Positions 51,328-60,869 of a stretch of 64,000 nucleotides of DNA are shown here, one piece after another. Source of the stretch: an uncultured cyanobacterium (lineage in GTDB: Bacteria; Cyanobacteriota; Cyanobacteriia; Cyanobacteriales; Nostocaceae). The notes under the pieces are model-generated. The model was not told the origin of the DNA. It saw nothing but the letters and a program-made list of their open reading frames with translations, and searched no databases. The first letter of the stretch is position 1, and the number at the start of each line of letters is the position of its first letter. Position numbers and translations under genes: made by a program. Location: contig CAVUDP010000002.1 in the NCBI GenBank assembly GCA_963740315.1, positions 2,240,001 through 2,304,000 on the forward strand, in the 5' to 3' direction.

Positions 51328-52248
51328 ATGGCAAGCTCTTTTTCATTTTTAAAAACACCTGTAATTGATGGTGCTGACACTCAAGTAGAGAATACAATCA
51401 ATGAAACAATAAATGAAGCGGTAGATGATATTAAAATAGATAAACCAACGGCTTTGAGTGTCTATCTGTTAGAGCGAAGAATAGACTGTATGTCTGTATC
51501 TTCGATTGTGGAAGCGATTCTAAAATCTTGTATAGAAGATAGGAAAATAACTGTGGCGAATTATAATATCCATAGTTTCAATCTATCTATGCAACTGCCT
51601 TGGTATTACGAATTTCTACAAAGTGCAGAAATCGCTAATTGTGATAGTGTGGGAATATTAAAAGCAATCGGCTATATGGGATTAGATTTACCCCTAGATT
51701 ACCGAACTTCCTATACGCTTTTGATGCCTCAAATATTACAAACTTGCGATCGAAAAAACTTTTCAGTGTTTTTATTGGGTGGAAAGCCCGAAAATTTGCA
51801 AGTAGCTCTTGATAACTTGAAGCTCAAATATCCCGGAGTTCGCTTTGGAGGGTATCATGGATATTTTGATAAAAAAGATCCGCAAGCAAATCAAGCTGCC
51901 GTAGAGCAAATCAATCAGTTTAAGCCTAATATTTTGGTTGTAGGTATGGGAATGCCGATTCAAGAACATTGGGTACAACAGCATCGCCATAGTTTGCAGG
52001 TGAATGCGATCATGCTTGGTGGAGCAATTATCGATCGCATGGCTGGAATCGTTCCAGATTGTCCGCATATTTTATCCAATATTGGTTTTGAATGGTTTTA
52101 CCGCTTTTGCCGCGAGCCGAAACGTTTAGCAGCTCGTTATTTGTTAGGAAATCCGGCTTTTGCACTGCATATCGCTTTGGCAATGTTTAATAAAACTTCT
52201 TTGCGGGTGGAATTAACACCTAAGTTTGAAAATTTTGATTTAAGTTAG
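51328..52248 (+). CDS. WecB/TagA/CpsF family glycosyltransferase
   Basis: 'FLLGGK', 'YHGYF', 'VGMGMP.QE.W', 'GFEWFYR...EPKRL..RY'. Confidence 0.92.
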   Translation: MASSFSFLKTPVIDGADTQVENTINETINEAVDDIKIDKPTALSVYLLERRIDCMSVSSIVEAILKSCIEDRKITVANYNIHSFNLSMQLPWYYEFLQSAEIANCDSVGILKAIGYMGLDLPLDYRTSYTLLMPQILQTCDRKNFSVFLLGGKPENLQVALDNLKLKYPGVRFGGYHGYFDKKDPQANQAAVEQINQFKPNILVVGMGMPIQEHWVQQHRHSLQVNAIMLGGAIIDRMAGIVPDCPHILSNIGFEWFYRFCREPKRLAARYLLGNPAFALHIALAMFNKTSLRVELTPKFENFDLS

Positions 52249-52290
52249 TTTTGACGCTGCATATTTTGACATTTTTGAGAGGAATTGTAC

Positions 52291-52315
52291 CTCCATTGGC
52301 GCTGGAGTTTTTTTT
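52291..52315 (+). terminator. Short terminator-like hairpin after the WecB-family gene
   Basis: CTCCA-TTGGCGC-TGGAG followed by a T run. Confidence 0.4.
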
Positions 52316-52647
52316 GTTTGTTGTAAGCTATCGGTTTGATTATTCCATATATAGATGCAAATAAAAGTAGATATAATCAATCCACAATATCTTATAAGGC
52401 ATAGTCAACACAATTCGCAATTACCGATTATTACTCTACCGATAAATAAAAGGCTCGTATGCTGGTGGATCGATAACGCTAATTGCTAATTGTATATACT
52501 GCTAATTATTCAGTCTGAGGTTTTGCGTAAGAAGTTGATTTTTGGTTTTCTAAATCTCAATAATTTTCTGAATAATTATGGTGGTTGCAATCGAATCGCC
52601 ATAATTATCAGCTTGGGATATTTATTTTTCTACGATTGGTAAAAATC

Positions 52648-53589
52648 ATGAAAATCTGTTATTTAATCCAAACTCATACAAACCCCGAACAAATTTATCG
52701 CTTAGTTGAAACTATTAAAAAATCGGCTACTGACAATCAGATTATTATCAGTCATGATTTCAGTAACTGTAATCTGGATGAGGTTGGATTACAAAGTCTT
52801 GGCGTTAAGGTATTGAAAAGTAATGGCGGAAAGCGCGGAGATTTTTTTGTCATTAAATCCTACTTAAATGCTATCAAATGGTTGATTGATAATCGGGTTG
52901 AATACGACTGGTTGATTTATTTATCGGGTCAAGACTACCCAATTAAGCCAATAGAAGAAATTGAGCATTTCTTATCAAAAACTAATTATGATGGATTTAT
53001 GGAATACTTTGATGTTTTTTCTCCAGAAAGTCATTGGAGTATGCAAGAAGGTAAAAGTCGTTACTTATTTAAATATAATAATATTAATTTACTGCAAATA
53101 TTTCCAAATTGGGCGAAGCAGTTACTTGTGCCAATAAAAATCATTAATCGCTTACAGCCTTTTGTGAGAATTAATTTGGCTTATGAAATGTTTGGCATCA
53201 GAAGAAAATCATTATTCAACATCAACCTTGTTTGTTATGGTGGTTCTTCTTTTACGACATTATCTCAGAAATGCGTAGATTATTTGCATAGTTTTTGCGA
53301 AAATCATCCGGAAGTTATCGAATATTACAAGAAAGTATGTAATTCAGATGAATCTTTCATCCAAACAATCTTACTCAACAGTAAAAAATTTGATTTGTAC
53401 AACGGCAATCAACGCTACTTTGATTTTTCTAAAACTAAGAATGGGCGACCCAAAGTGTTAACCATTAATGATTATGACGCAATTATGCAAAGTAACGCTC
53501 ATTTTGCCAGAAAATTTGACATATCTAAAGACAGTAAAATTTTGGATACTTTAGATCGAGAAGTTACCAAAATTGCAGCTAATAGATAA
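52648..53589 (+). CDS. GT14 core-2/I-branching beta-1,6-GlcNAc-transferase family
   Basis: 'YLIQTH', 'LSGQDYP', 'GGSS', 'DESFIQT', 'FARKFD'; ATG at 52648 preferred to the upstream TTG. Confidence 0.85.
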   Translation: MKICYLIQTHTNPEQIYRLVETIKKSATDNQIIISHDFSNCNLDEVGLQSLGVKVLKSNGGKRGDFFVIKSYLNAIKWLIDNRVEYDWLIYLSGQDYPIKPIEEIEHFLSKTNYDGFMEYFDVFSPESHWSMQEGKSRYLFKYNNINLLQIFPNWAKQLLVPIKIINRLQPFVRINLAYEMFGIRRKSLFNINLVCYGGSSFTTLSQKCVDYLHSFCENHPEVIEYYKKVCNSDESFIQTILLNSKKFDLYNGNQRYFDFSKTKNGRPKVLTINDYDAIMQSNAHFARKFDISKDSKILDTLDREVTKIAANR

Positions 53590-53630
53590 TTATTTGATTT
53601 GAATTTCTGCAAAAGTAGATTGGGAGAATA

Positions 53631-54593
53631 ATGAGCAAGATACCAGCAGTTAGCGTTATAGTTCCTGCTTATAACGTCGCTAAATATATTGAAGAAACTC
53701 TGATTTCTTTAGAACAACAAACATTTACAGACTTTGAAGCATTAATAGTTGATGATGGTTCTATAGATGATACTGCGACTGTAGTAAAACAATTTTGTCA
53801 GCGAGATTCTCGATTTAAATTGTTGCAGAAAGCAAACGGGGGTTTATCTTCAGCACGCAACTACGGTATTCATCAGGCGCGGGGTGAATATCTGGCTTTA
53901 CTCGATGGCGATGATGTCTATCACAAAGATAAATTAGCAACCCATGTAGCTCGGTTGTATCGCGAACCTGATATTGGGGTAGTTTACAGCGCTTCGCGGA
54001 CAATTCGCGATGATGGAAAACCGACGTTTATCAGCTTGAGTGGTAAACCAGTGCATTCAAATTTGGAAGTGGCTTTACTGTGTAAAAACTTTGTCGGGCA
54101 TGGTTCTAATGCAGTTTTTCGTCGCTGTTTAATTGATGAAGTCGGCGAATTTGATGAAAGCTTACGCAGTTGGGAAGACGTTGATTTGTGGTTGCGAATC
54201 GCTGCAACCCAGAAATGGGGGTTTTACCGAGAAAAGCGGATTTTATCTTACTATCGCGTGCGCCCTTCCGGATTGTCTTTCAATATCGTGCAAATGCGGA
54301 ATAGTGGAGAGCTAGTTATTGAAGCTGCAATAGTGCGATCGCCATTAATCAAGCCGATGTTGTCAACCGTTTACGCCTATATGTACCGCTATCTGTCGCG
54401 GTTGTGCCTCCAGGCTGGCGATATGCAAACAGCGCGGGATTTCATCGATCAAGCTTTGATGTGCGATCGGTCGATTTTTTATCGGGATATGCGTTCTTTA
54501 TTGACTCTGATATCGGTGCGTTTGTCACCATTAGCGAAACTAGCCATCGGCAATTCCCTTGGTTTTGCAAAAACAGTACAAGGTAAAAACTGA
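53631..54593 (+). CDS. GT2 glycosyltransferase
   Basis: 'SVIVPAYN', 'VDDGS', 'NGGLSSARN', 'LDGDD', 'EDVDLWLR'. Confidence 0.93.
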   Translation: MSKIPAVSVIVPAYNVAKYIEETLISLEQQTFTDFEALIVDDGSIDDTATVVKQFCQRDSRFKLLQKANGGLSSARNYGIHQARGEYLALLDGDDVYHKDKLATHVARLYREPDIGVVYSASRTIRDDGKPTFISLSGKPVHSNLEVALLCKNFVGHGSNAVFRRCLIDEVGEFDESLRSWEDVDLWLRIAATQKWGFYREKRILSYYRVRPSGLSFNIVQMRNSGELVIEAAIVRSPLIKPMLSTVYAYMYRYLSRLCLQAGDMQTARDFIDQALMCDRSIFYRDMRSLLTLISVRLSPLAKLAIGNSLGFAKTVQGKN

Positions 54594-54595
54594 TA

Positions 54596-56029
54596 GTGAA
54601 AGCAACTGCACTGTTAAAAAATGGCTTGTGGATTTCTTATGCCACATTTATCACCCGTATCTTTGCTTTTGGAAGCAGCTTGGTATTAGCAAGATTGTTA
54701 CTACCATCCGACTTCGGTATTATTGGTATTGCCTATGTTTTTTGGTCTTTTTTCTCGTTATTCATCCAGGATACTGCGGGTGCTTTCATCATCTATAAGG
54801 GCATAGAACACCCAAAATATGTCAACACTGCTTACACTATTAGCTTATTAGTGGGAATAGCTTTAGCGGTGGGAGTGGCAGCGAGTGCCCCGTTAGTGGC
54901 TATGTTCTTTAAAGAGCCAACATTAACGGGGATATTATTTGTTTTTGCATTTAATCTGATTCTCTCTTCTGCTAGCTACGTTTATTCCAGCGTCATGACG
55001 AGACAGATGAAGTACCGAGCGATCGCCAATATCACTCTAGTTAACTCAATTACGCGATTACTTTGCACTACAGGCGCTGCATTATTAGGGTTTAGCTACT
55101 GGTCTTTTGTAATCGGCGATACTGCTTCTTGGATAGTTAATTGCGTTTTAAATAGGTATTATTCCAAGTATGATTTTCGCCTGCAAATCGATCCAGAAGT
55201 TAGATCGGAAGTTCAATCTTTCTACTTTGGGACTATTACTTCTAGCTTCGGTTTGTATACCAATTTCAACATCGATAATTTTGCTGTAGGAAAACTGTTA
55301 GGCAGTACCAGCCTTGGTTACTACAATCTTGCCTATCAACTAACAAATGCATTTTCAAGCATTGTAGGTGCTATATTTAACCAATTGGGAATGCCAGTTT
55401 TTGCTCAATTAGCACATGATAAACAAGAAAATACTCTCCTCAAAGTAGTAGAACAAACTACGATTTTAACCGCTGCTATTTGTACTTTAATTTTCCTAGT
55501 AGTAGACTCGCAAGTTGTCACTTTCGTTTTTGGGGCAAAGTGGATACCGATTATTAACGTTATACCTGGTTTACTAATTTTTTCCTACTTTCGGATTATT
55601 AATTCTTCACTATTCTCGATGTTGGTTGCTAAAGGTCGTCCCGATATTAACGCTAAAGTAAACTTACGAATAGCTCCGATTGCGGTAGTTGGTTTTATTC
55701 TTGGTGCCAATCTAGGTGGAATTGTGGGGGTTAGTTTAGCTGTTGCCCTGGTATTAGGAATTGGCTGGACTATTTACTGGTGGTGGGTTGCTTGTCAAAG
55801 CTTAGGTTGGTCGTTTAAAAAATTTATTGCTCCGTGTTTTGTGCCAATTTTGTTAATTATTCCAGGAGTTTTGGTTTCATTCAGTTTACCTTTATTATTT
55901 AGACCGTTTACATTTATTTTGACATATTTAATCTGTATACGTATATTCTTAGCTCCATATTTTTTCCTCTATCAATCAACAGCAAAGCAAATAGCAAAGC
56001 GTTTAATTACAGTACGCATTAAGGATTAG
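54596..56029 (+). CDS. wzx: Polysaccharide flippase (Wzx)
   Basis: Multi-TM; 'LARLL.P.DFG', 'LG...LGYYNLAY'; located in a GT cluster. Confidence 0.88.
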   Translation: MKATALLKNGLWISYATFITRIFAFGSSLVLARLLLPSDFGIIGIAYVFWSFFSLFIQDTAGAFIIYKGIEHPKYVNTAYTISLLVGIALAVGVAASAPLVAMFFKEPTLTGILFVFAFNLILSSASYVYSSVMTRQMKYRAIANITLVNSITRLLCTTGAALLGFSYWSFVIGDTASWIVNCVLNRYYSKYDFRLQIDPEVRSEVQSFYFGTITSSFGLYTNFNIDNFAVGKLLGSTSLGYYNLAYQLTNAFSSIVGAIFNQLGMPVFAQLAHDKQENTLLKVVEQTTILTAAICTLIFLVVDSQVVTFVFGAKWIPIINVIPGLLIFSYFRIINSSLFSMLVAKGRPDINAKVNLRIAPIAVVGFILGANLGGIVGVSLAVALVLGIGWTIYWWWVACQSLGWSFKKFIAPCFVPILLIIPGVLVSFSLPLLFRPFTFILTYLICIRIFLAPYFFLYQSTAKQIAKRLITVRIKD

Positions 56030-56124
56030 ATCCCCTTTTAGGAAACGCGATCCGAAAACAGCAACTTTAATTAGAACGCCTAAATATTAAAAAATCTCAG
56101 GTATGCATAAAATAGGAAATAAAG

Positions 56125-57108
56125 ATGAATAATACACCACTTATATCTGTAATTATTCCGGCATATAATGCGGCAAAAACCATTAGAGAGACAATTGCAT
56201 CGGTTTTAAATCAAACTTTTAGTAATTTAGAATTATTAGTAGTCAATGATGGTTCTCAAGACTCAACTTTAGACATCGTTTCTAGTATCAAAGACTCTAG
56301 ATTGCAAGTATTATCCTATGAAAATGCGGGTGTTTCCATTAGTCGCAACCGGGGAATTGAAAAAGCTTGTGGAGAATTTATTTCCTTTTTAGACGCTGAC
56401 GATCTGTGGACTCCAGATAAACTGGAAGCGCAATTAAAAGCTTTACAAACAAATCCTCAAGCCGCAGTTGCTTATAGTTGGGTTGATTACATAGATGAAA
56501 ATGGTAAGTTTTTTCGTCATGGTAATTATGTAACGATTAATGGTAACGCATACGAAAAAATATTAGTCCAAAGTGTTTTGGAAAATGGTTCTAATCCTTT
56601 AATTCGCAGAGAAGCATTAACTGAGGTTGGCGGTTTTAACCCGTCATTAACACCTGCTGAAGATTGGGATATGTGGTTGCGCTTAGCAAAACGCTATGAT
56701 TTTGTTACGATACCATATCCTCAGATTTTATATCGGATGTCTTCTCATTCGGCATCTACTAATATTGTCAAAATGGAAAAAGGCAGTTTAAAATTTATCG
56801 AACACGCTTTTGATAATGCTCCAGCATCCGTTCAACACCTCAAGAAAAATGCTCTTTCAACGCTTTATCATTATCTCACCTTTAAATCATTGGAATCTCC
56901 TTCAAGTCGCAAAAACGGCATAATTGCGATGCGGTGTTTTGGGAATGCGATTAAACACGATTTATCGACCATTTGGAAATGGGAACCGATGTCTAAAGCG
57001 TTATTCAAAATTTTTACAGTATTGCTTCTACCTCCCGAACAATACAAAAAGTTGAAAACTATAGTTAAAAAACTTTTGATTAAAGAACCTGTAAATCAAC
57101 TGCAATAA
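56125..57108 (+). CDS. GT2 glycosyltransferase
   Basis: 'SVIIPAYN', 'VNDGSQD', 'FLDADD', 'EDWDMWLRLA'. Confidence 0.93.
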   Translation: MNNTPLISVIIPAYNAAKTIRETIASVLNQTFSNLELLVVNDGSQDSTLDIVSSIKDSRLQVLSYENAGVSISRNRGIEKACGEFISFLDADDLWTPDKLEAQLKALQTNPQAAVAYSWVDYIDENGKFFRHGNYVTINGNAYEKILVQSVLENGSNPLIRREALTEVGGFNPSLTPAEDWDMWLRLAKRYDFVTIPYPQILYRMSSHSASTNIVKMEKGSLKFIEHAFDNAPASVQHLKKNALSTLYHYLTFKSLESPSSRKNGIIAMRCFGNAIKHDLSTIWKWEPMSKALFKIFTVLLLPPEQYKKLKTIVKKLLIKEPVNQLQ

Positions 57109-57117
57109 GGTTAAAAA

Positions 57118-58263
57118 TTGATGTTTAATTTTGGTTTTGTTGTCGAACAAGCATTGGGACATATTACCCACTACCAAAACTTAAAGTATTGGGTAGATAA
57201 AGATACTAGTATTGAACCGAATTGGATGCCTATAGGGGAAGATAAGGATATATGGGAGAAACTGCCAGTTATTCGTAATAATTGGTCGTTGCAAGTGAGT
57301 TTGCGTGCCCGCAGACAAATAAAAGCGGCTATGCAATTGCAAACTCCAGACGCATTATTTTTGCACACCCAGACACTAGCTTTGTTTGCCATTCCTTTGA
57401 TGCATCGCATACCAACGATAATTTCCGCTGATGCAACACCCATCAACCTCGATAGCATTGCTACTGGGTACAGTCATAAGGTAGGGGGTAACTATTTAGC
57501 AGAGCGTAGTAAATTTTACTGGAATAAAAGTACCTATGATGCAGCCGCAGCAATTATAGCGTGGTCTGAGTGGACTAAAGATTCTTTAATTTTTGACTAT
57601 GGCATACCTGCCGAGAAAGTTACAGTAATTCCACCGGGGGTAGATTTAGAGCAGTGGCATTTTAGACCGGGCAAAACAATGCATCGCACTCCGCCAAATC
57701 CCTTACGTTTATTATTTGTCGGAGGAGATTTTGCGAGAAAAGGTGGTTATACTCTGCTATTCGCTTTTCGTAATGGTTTACAAGATTGCACGTTAGATAT
57801 CGTTACCAAAGATATTAGTTTAAAGCAGGAATTAAACGGAATCGACAACATCCGCGTACATTGCAATTTAACTCCTAACAGCCAACCTTTAAAACAACTT
57901 TACACACAAGCAGATATTTTTGTCTTTCCAACAGAGGCAGATTGCTTACCCACTGCGATTTCAGAAGCAATGGCAGCAGGATTACCAGTTATTACAACAG
58001 ATGTTGGTGCCTTGCGCGAACAAGTAGAACATCAAGTGAATGGTTTAATTGTACCGCCTTCAGATGTCGCGGCTTTGAAGAATGCAATAGAAACTCTTAA
58101 AAACGATCCAGCAAAAATAACCGCGATGGCTGCTGCTAGTCGTCGGATAGCCGAAAAGCGTTTTGATGCCAGATGTAATTATGGTGCAATTCTTAGTTTG
58201 ATGAAAAGTATATCTCAAAAATCGCCGCAACATATTAACGTCAAAAGTCTTCACCATGTCTAA
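57118..58263 (+). CDS. GT4 glycosyltransferase
   Basis: 'IPPGVD', 'RKG', 'EAMAAGLPVI.TDVG', 'NGLIV'. Confidence 0.9.
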   Translation: MMFNFGFVVEQALGHITHYQNLKYWVDKDTSIEPNWMPIGEDKDIWEKLPVIRNNWSLQVSLRARRQIKAAMQLQTPDALFLHTQTLALFAIPLMHRIPTIISADATPINLDSIATGYSHKVGGNYLAERSKFYWNKSTYDAAAAIIAWSEWTKDSLIFDYGIPAEKVTVIPPGVDLEQWHFRPGKTMHRTPPNPLRLLFVGGDFARKGGYTLLFAFRNGLQDCTLDIVTKDISLKQELNGIDNIRVHCNLTPNSQPLKQLYTQADIFVFPTEADCLPTAISEAMAAGLPVITTDVGALREQVEHQVNGLIVPPSDVAALKNAIETLKNDPAKITAMAAASRRIAEKRFDARCNYGAILSLMKSISQKSPQHINVKSLHHV

Positions 58264-59368
58264 TTCACCCGATATTGCGATCTTTCTACGTTGCCTTTAC
58301 GGTGGTGGTGCAGAACGAATATTGCTTAATTTAGCTCGCGGTTTTCTAGAGCAAGGGCTAAAAGTTGATATGGTATTGGCAAAATCGGTAGGCTCTTTAT
58401 TAGAACAATTACCGTCAGAAATTCGACTTGTAGATTTAAACGCGCAGTCAAAGTTGAGTATTCTGCCAAAATTAATTAAGTATTTGCAGCAAGAAAACCC
58501 GGCAACAATGCTCGCAGCTTTACACTATCCTTGCGAAATAGCTCTCCTGGCAAAACGCATGAGTGGGGTATCAACGCGAATAGTAGTATCAGAACACAAT
58601 CATCTTTCTTTAGAAGCAAAACGTATTCCCCAACTTTCAGCACGTTTAACACCATTAGCAGCGAGACTTCTTTACCCTTGGGCTGATGGTATTGTCAGCG
58701 TTTCTCAAGGAGTAGCAGCAGATTTAGCTAAGGTGACTCATTTACCCAAAGAACGTATTAATTTAATTTACAATCCAGTTATCACTCCGGAAGTGTTTAT
58801 TAAAGCAAAAGAATCAGTTAACCATCCGTGGTTTCAACCGGGAGAACCGCCAATTATCTTAGCAGTAGGAAGATTGCATCCACAGAAAGATTATCCAACA
58901 TTGCTCCGTGCATTTACACAAGTCAGACAGGTGCGTCCGTGTCGGTTAGTAATTTTAGGAGAAGGACCCGAAAAAGAAAATTTAAATAATTTAATTTGTG
59001 AATTAGGCTTACAGGCAGATGTTACCATGTTGGGTTTCGTCGATAATCCATATACGTATATGCGATCGGCAGCAGTCTTCGTTCTATCTTCCGCTTGGGA
59101 GGGTTTTGGTAACGTGATTGCAGAAGCCTTAGCTGTGGGAACTCCAGTGGTATCAACAAATTGCGAAAGCGGTCCGGCAGAGATTTTGAAGAATGGTAAA
59201 TATGGCGAATTAACCCCAGTTGGCGATGTCAAAGCGATGGCTGAAGCTATTTTAAGCGTACTTTCGGGCAACACCAAGCAAGTAGATTCGGAATGGTTAA
59301 ATCAATTTAAATTAGAAACTTGTACGGAAAAGTATTTACAAGTATTAGCAGTGAACAGTAACCAGTAA
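58256..59368 (+). CDS. GT4 glycosyltransferase
   Basis: 'GGAER', 'VGRL..QKD', 'EGFGNV..EALA.GTPVV'. Confidence 0.92.
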   Translation: MSNSPDIAIFLRCLYGGGAERILLNLARGFLEQGLKVDMVLAKSVGSLLEQLPSEIRLVDLNAQSKLSILPKLIKYLQQENPATMLAALHYPCEIALLAKRMSGVSTRIVVSEHNHLSLEAKRIPQLSARLTPLAARLLYPWADGIVSVSQGVAADLAKVTHLPKERINLIYNPVITPEVFIKAKESVNHPWFQPGEPPIILAVGRLHPQKDYPTLLRAFTQVRQVRPCRLVILGEGPEKENLNNLICELGLQADVTMLGFVDNPYTYMRSAAVFVLSSAWEGFGNVIAEALAVGTPVVSTNCESGPAEILKNGKYGELTPVGDVKAMAEAILSVLSGNTKQVDSEWLNQFKLETCTEKYLQVLAVNSNQ

Positions 59369-59405
59369 CCATTTATTATTACCTATTTCCTATTACCTAT
59401 TAAGA

Positions 59406-60746
59406 ATGTTGGCATTTAATTCTATTAATAATCGCAAACAATCTGATGATAAACCTGAAGCTAAATCATTTGGCGAGCAGGTAGTTTATTGGACAATTAT
59501 GCTGACACCGCTTTGGTGGGTGTTGGGTTTACAAACTATTGTCTATCCAGTTGTTAGCGCGTTTTTACTAGTGGCTGGTTTTAAATTAGATCGGCTAATT
59601 AAAGCCTCATTACCAATTTGTATTTGGGCATGGTTGGGAATGACTTTTGCTGCATTTTGGACAAATATTTTTGGTTTAGAATCAATTGGCTTTGAAATAT
59701 TAAAATCAGCAGCGACATTTTTTACAATATTTAAAGGCTATTTTATGATATTCGCCTGTATGACTTTACCTTTTTGGCATCGCATTCGGGTACAAACTAT
59801 TGTACGGGCTGTATCCTGGATGACAGCTAGCTATTTAGTACTTTTAACAATTCAACTATTAATACTTTTTGCGATCGGTCCGCAAGATCATTTTTTACCG
59901 CCTTTAGCTCGTTTAATTCCAGGTGAAAAAACCAGTTTGATGGTTAAGTTCGCGGAGATTCAACCGTTTTTCGGCATTCCTTTACCAAGAACAGACCTTT
60001 ACACAGCCGATCCACCGATTTTAGGAGTTTGCAGTCTTTTATGTTTCTTTATCTGCTTGAGCGAAACTAACCAACGCTTGCGAAAATTTGCTTTAGCTGG
60101 CAGTTTGGCTGGTTTAGTAATTTCTCAAAGTCGCCTTGCTTGGGTATGTTTTCCGTTAGTTTGGGTGATTATCTATTGTTTTCGTAGCGGGTTAGCTCGA
60201 CAAGCTTATTTATGGGTAGTATCTCTTACTTCTTTCTTTGCGGCTGTATTAAGTTTAAGCATAAAAGATTTCCTCGCTTTACCTCTAGCAACTTTCAACA
60301 ACGCTCGTGCTGATTCATCGAAAGACAGAGAATTTATCGTTAATGCAACTATCGAAGCATGGAAAGAGTCACCGTGGCTGGGGTGGGGAATTATGGACAA
60401 AACCGCAAGTTGGGGAAATGGAGTTTTCGTACTACCTTTGGGAACGTTTTCTTCCTATGCCCAAGTGCTTTACGTACACGGTATTTTCGGTTTTATTTTC
60501 TTTATAACCGCCCTTGTTTCAACCTTGTGCAGCTTTTGGCAACCCGCTATTAAAGGAAACCTCATTTGTCAGCGTGCATTTGGCAGTTTAGTCGCTTTAT
60601 ATTTATTAATTCATGCTACTAATTTAACCTGGATGGCGATTTATTTTTGGTTTTTCTTTGTTTGGTTGGGAGCAATTCTTTCTCAATTACAACAGCAGCA
60701 GCCAAATGTTACCGAATGGGAGCAACTGTCAAAGGTTAAAGGTTAA
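59406..60746 (+). CDS. O-antigen ligase / Wzy-like polymerase
   Basis: Multi-TM; 'SQSR.AW', 'R......A.E.W..SPWLGWG', 'HG..G'. Confidence 0.8.
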   Translation: MLAFNSINNRKQSDDKPEAKSFGEQVVYWTIMLTPLWWVLGLQTIVYPVVSAFLLVAGFKLDRLIKASLPICIWAWLGMTFAAFWTNIFGLESIGFEILKSAATFFTIFKGYFMIFACMTLPFWHRIRVQTIVRAVSWMTASYLVLLTIQLLILFAIGPQDHFLPPLARLIPGEKTSLMVKFAEIQPFFGIPLPRTDLYTADPPILGVCSLLCFFICLSETNQRLRKFALAGSLAGLVISQSRLAWVCFPLVWVIIYCFRSGLARQAYLWVVSLTSFFAAVLSLSIKDFLALPLATFNNARADSSKDREFIVNATIEAWKESPWLGWGIMDKTASWGNGVFVLPLGTFSSYAQVLYVHGIFGFIFFITALVSTLCSFWQPAIKGNLICQRAFGSLVALYLLIHATNLTWMAIYFWFFFVWLGAILSQLQQQQPNVTEWEQLSKVKG

Positions 60747-60869
60747 AATTCTTTTTATCTCCTTGTCTCCCCATCTCCCCATCACCTTGTCTCCCTACTC
60801 CCTACTCCCTATTCCCTACTCCTTCAAACAATAATTTTCACAAAACAATCAAAATTTAGGATTAATACT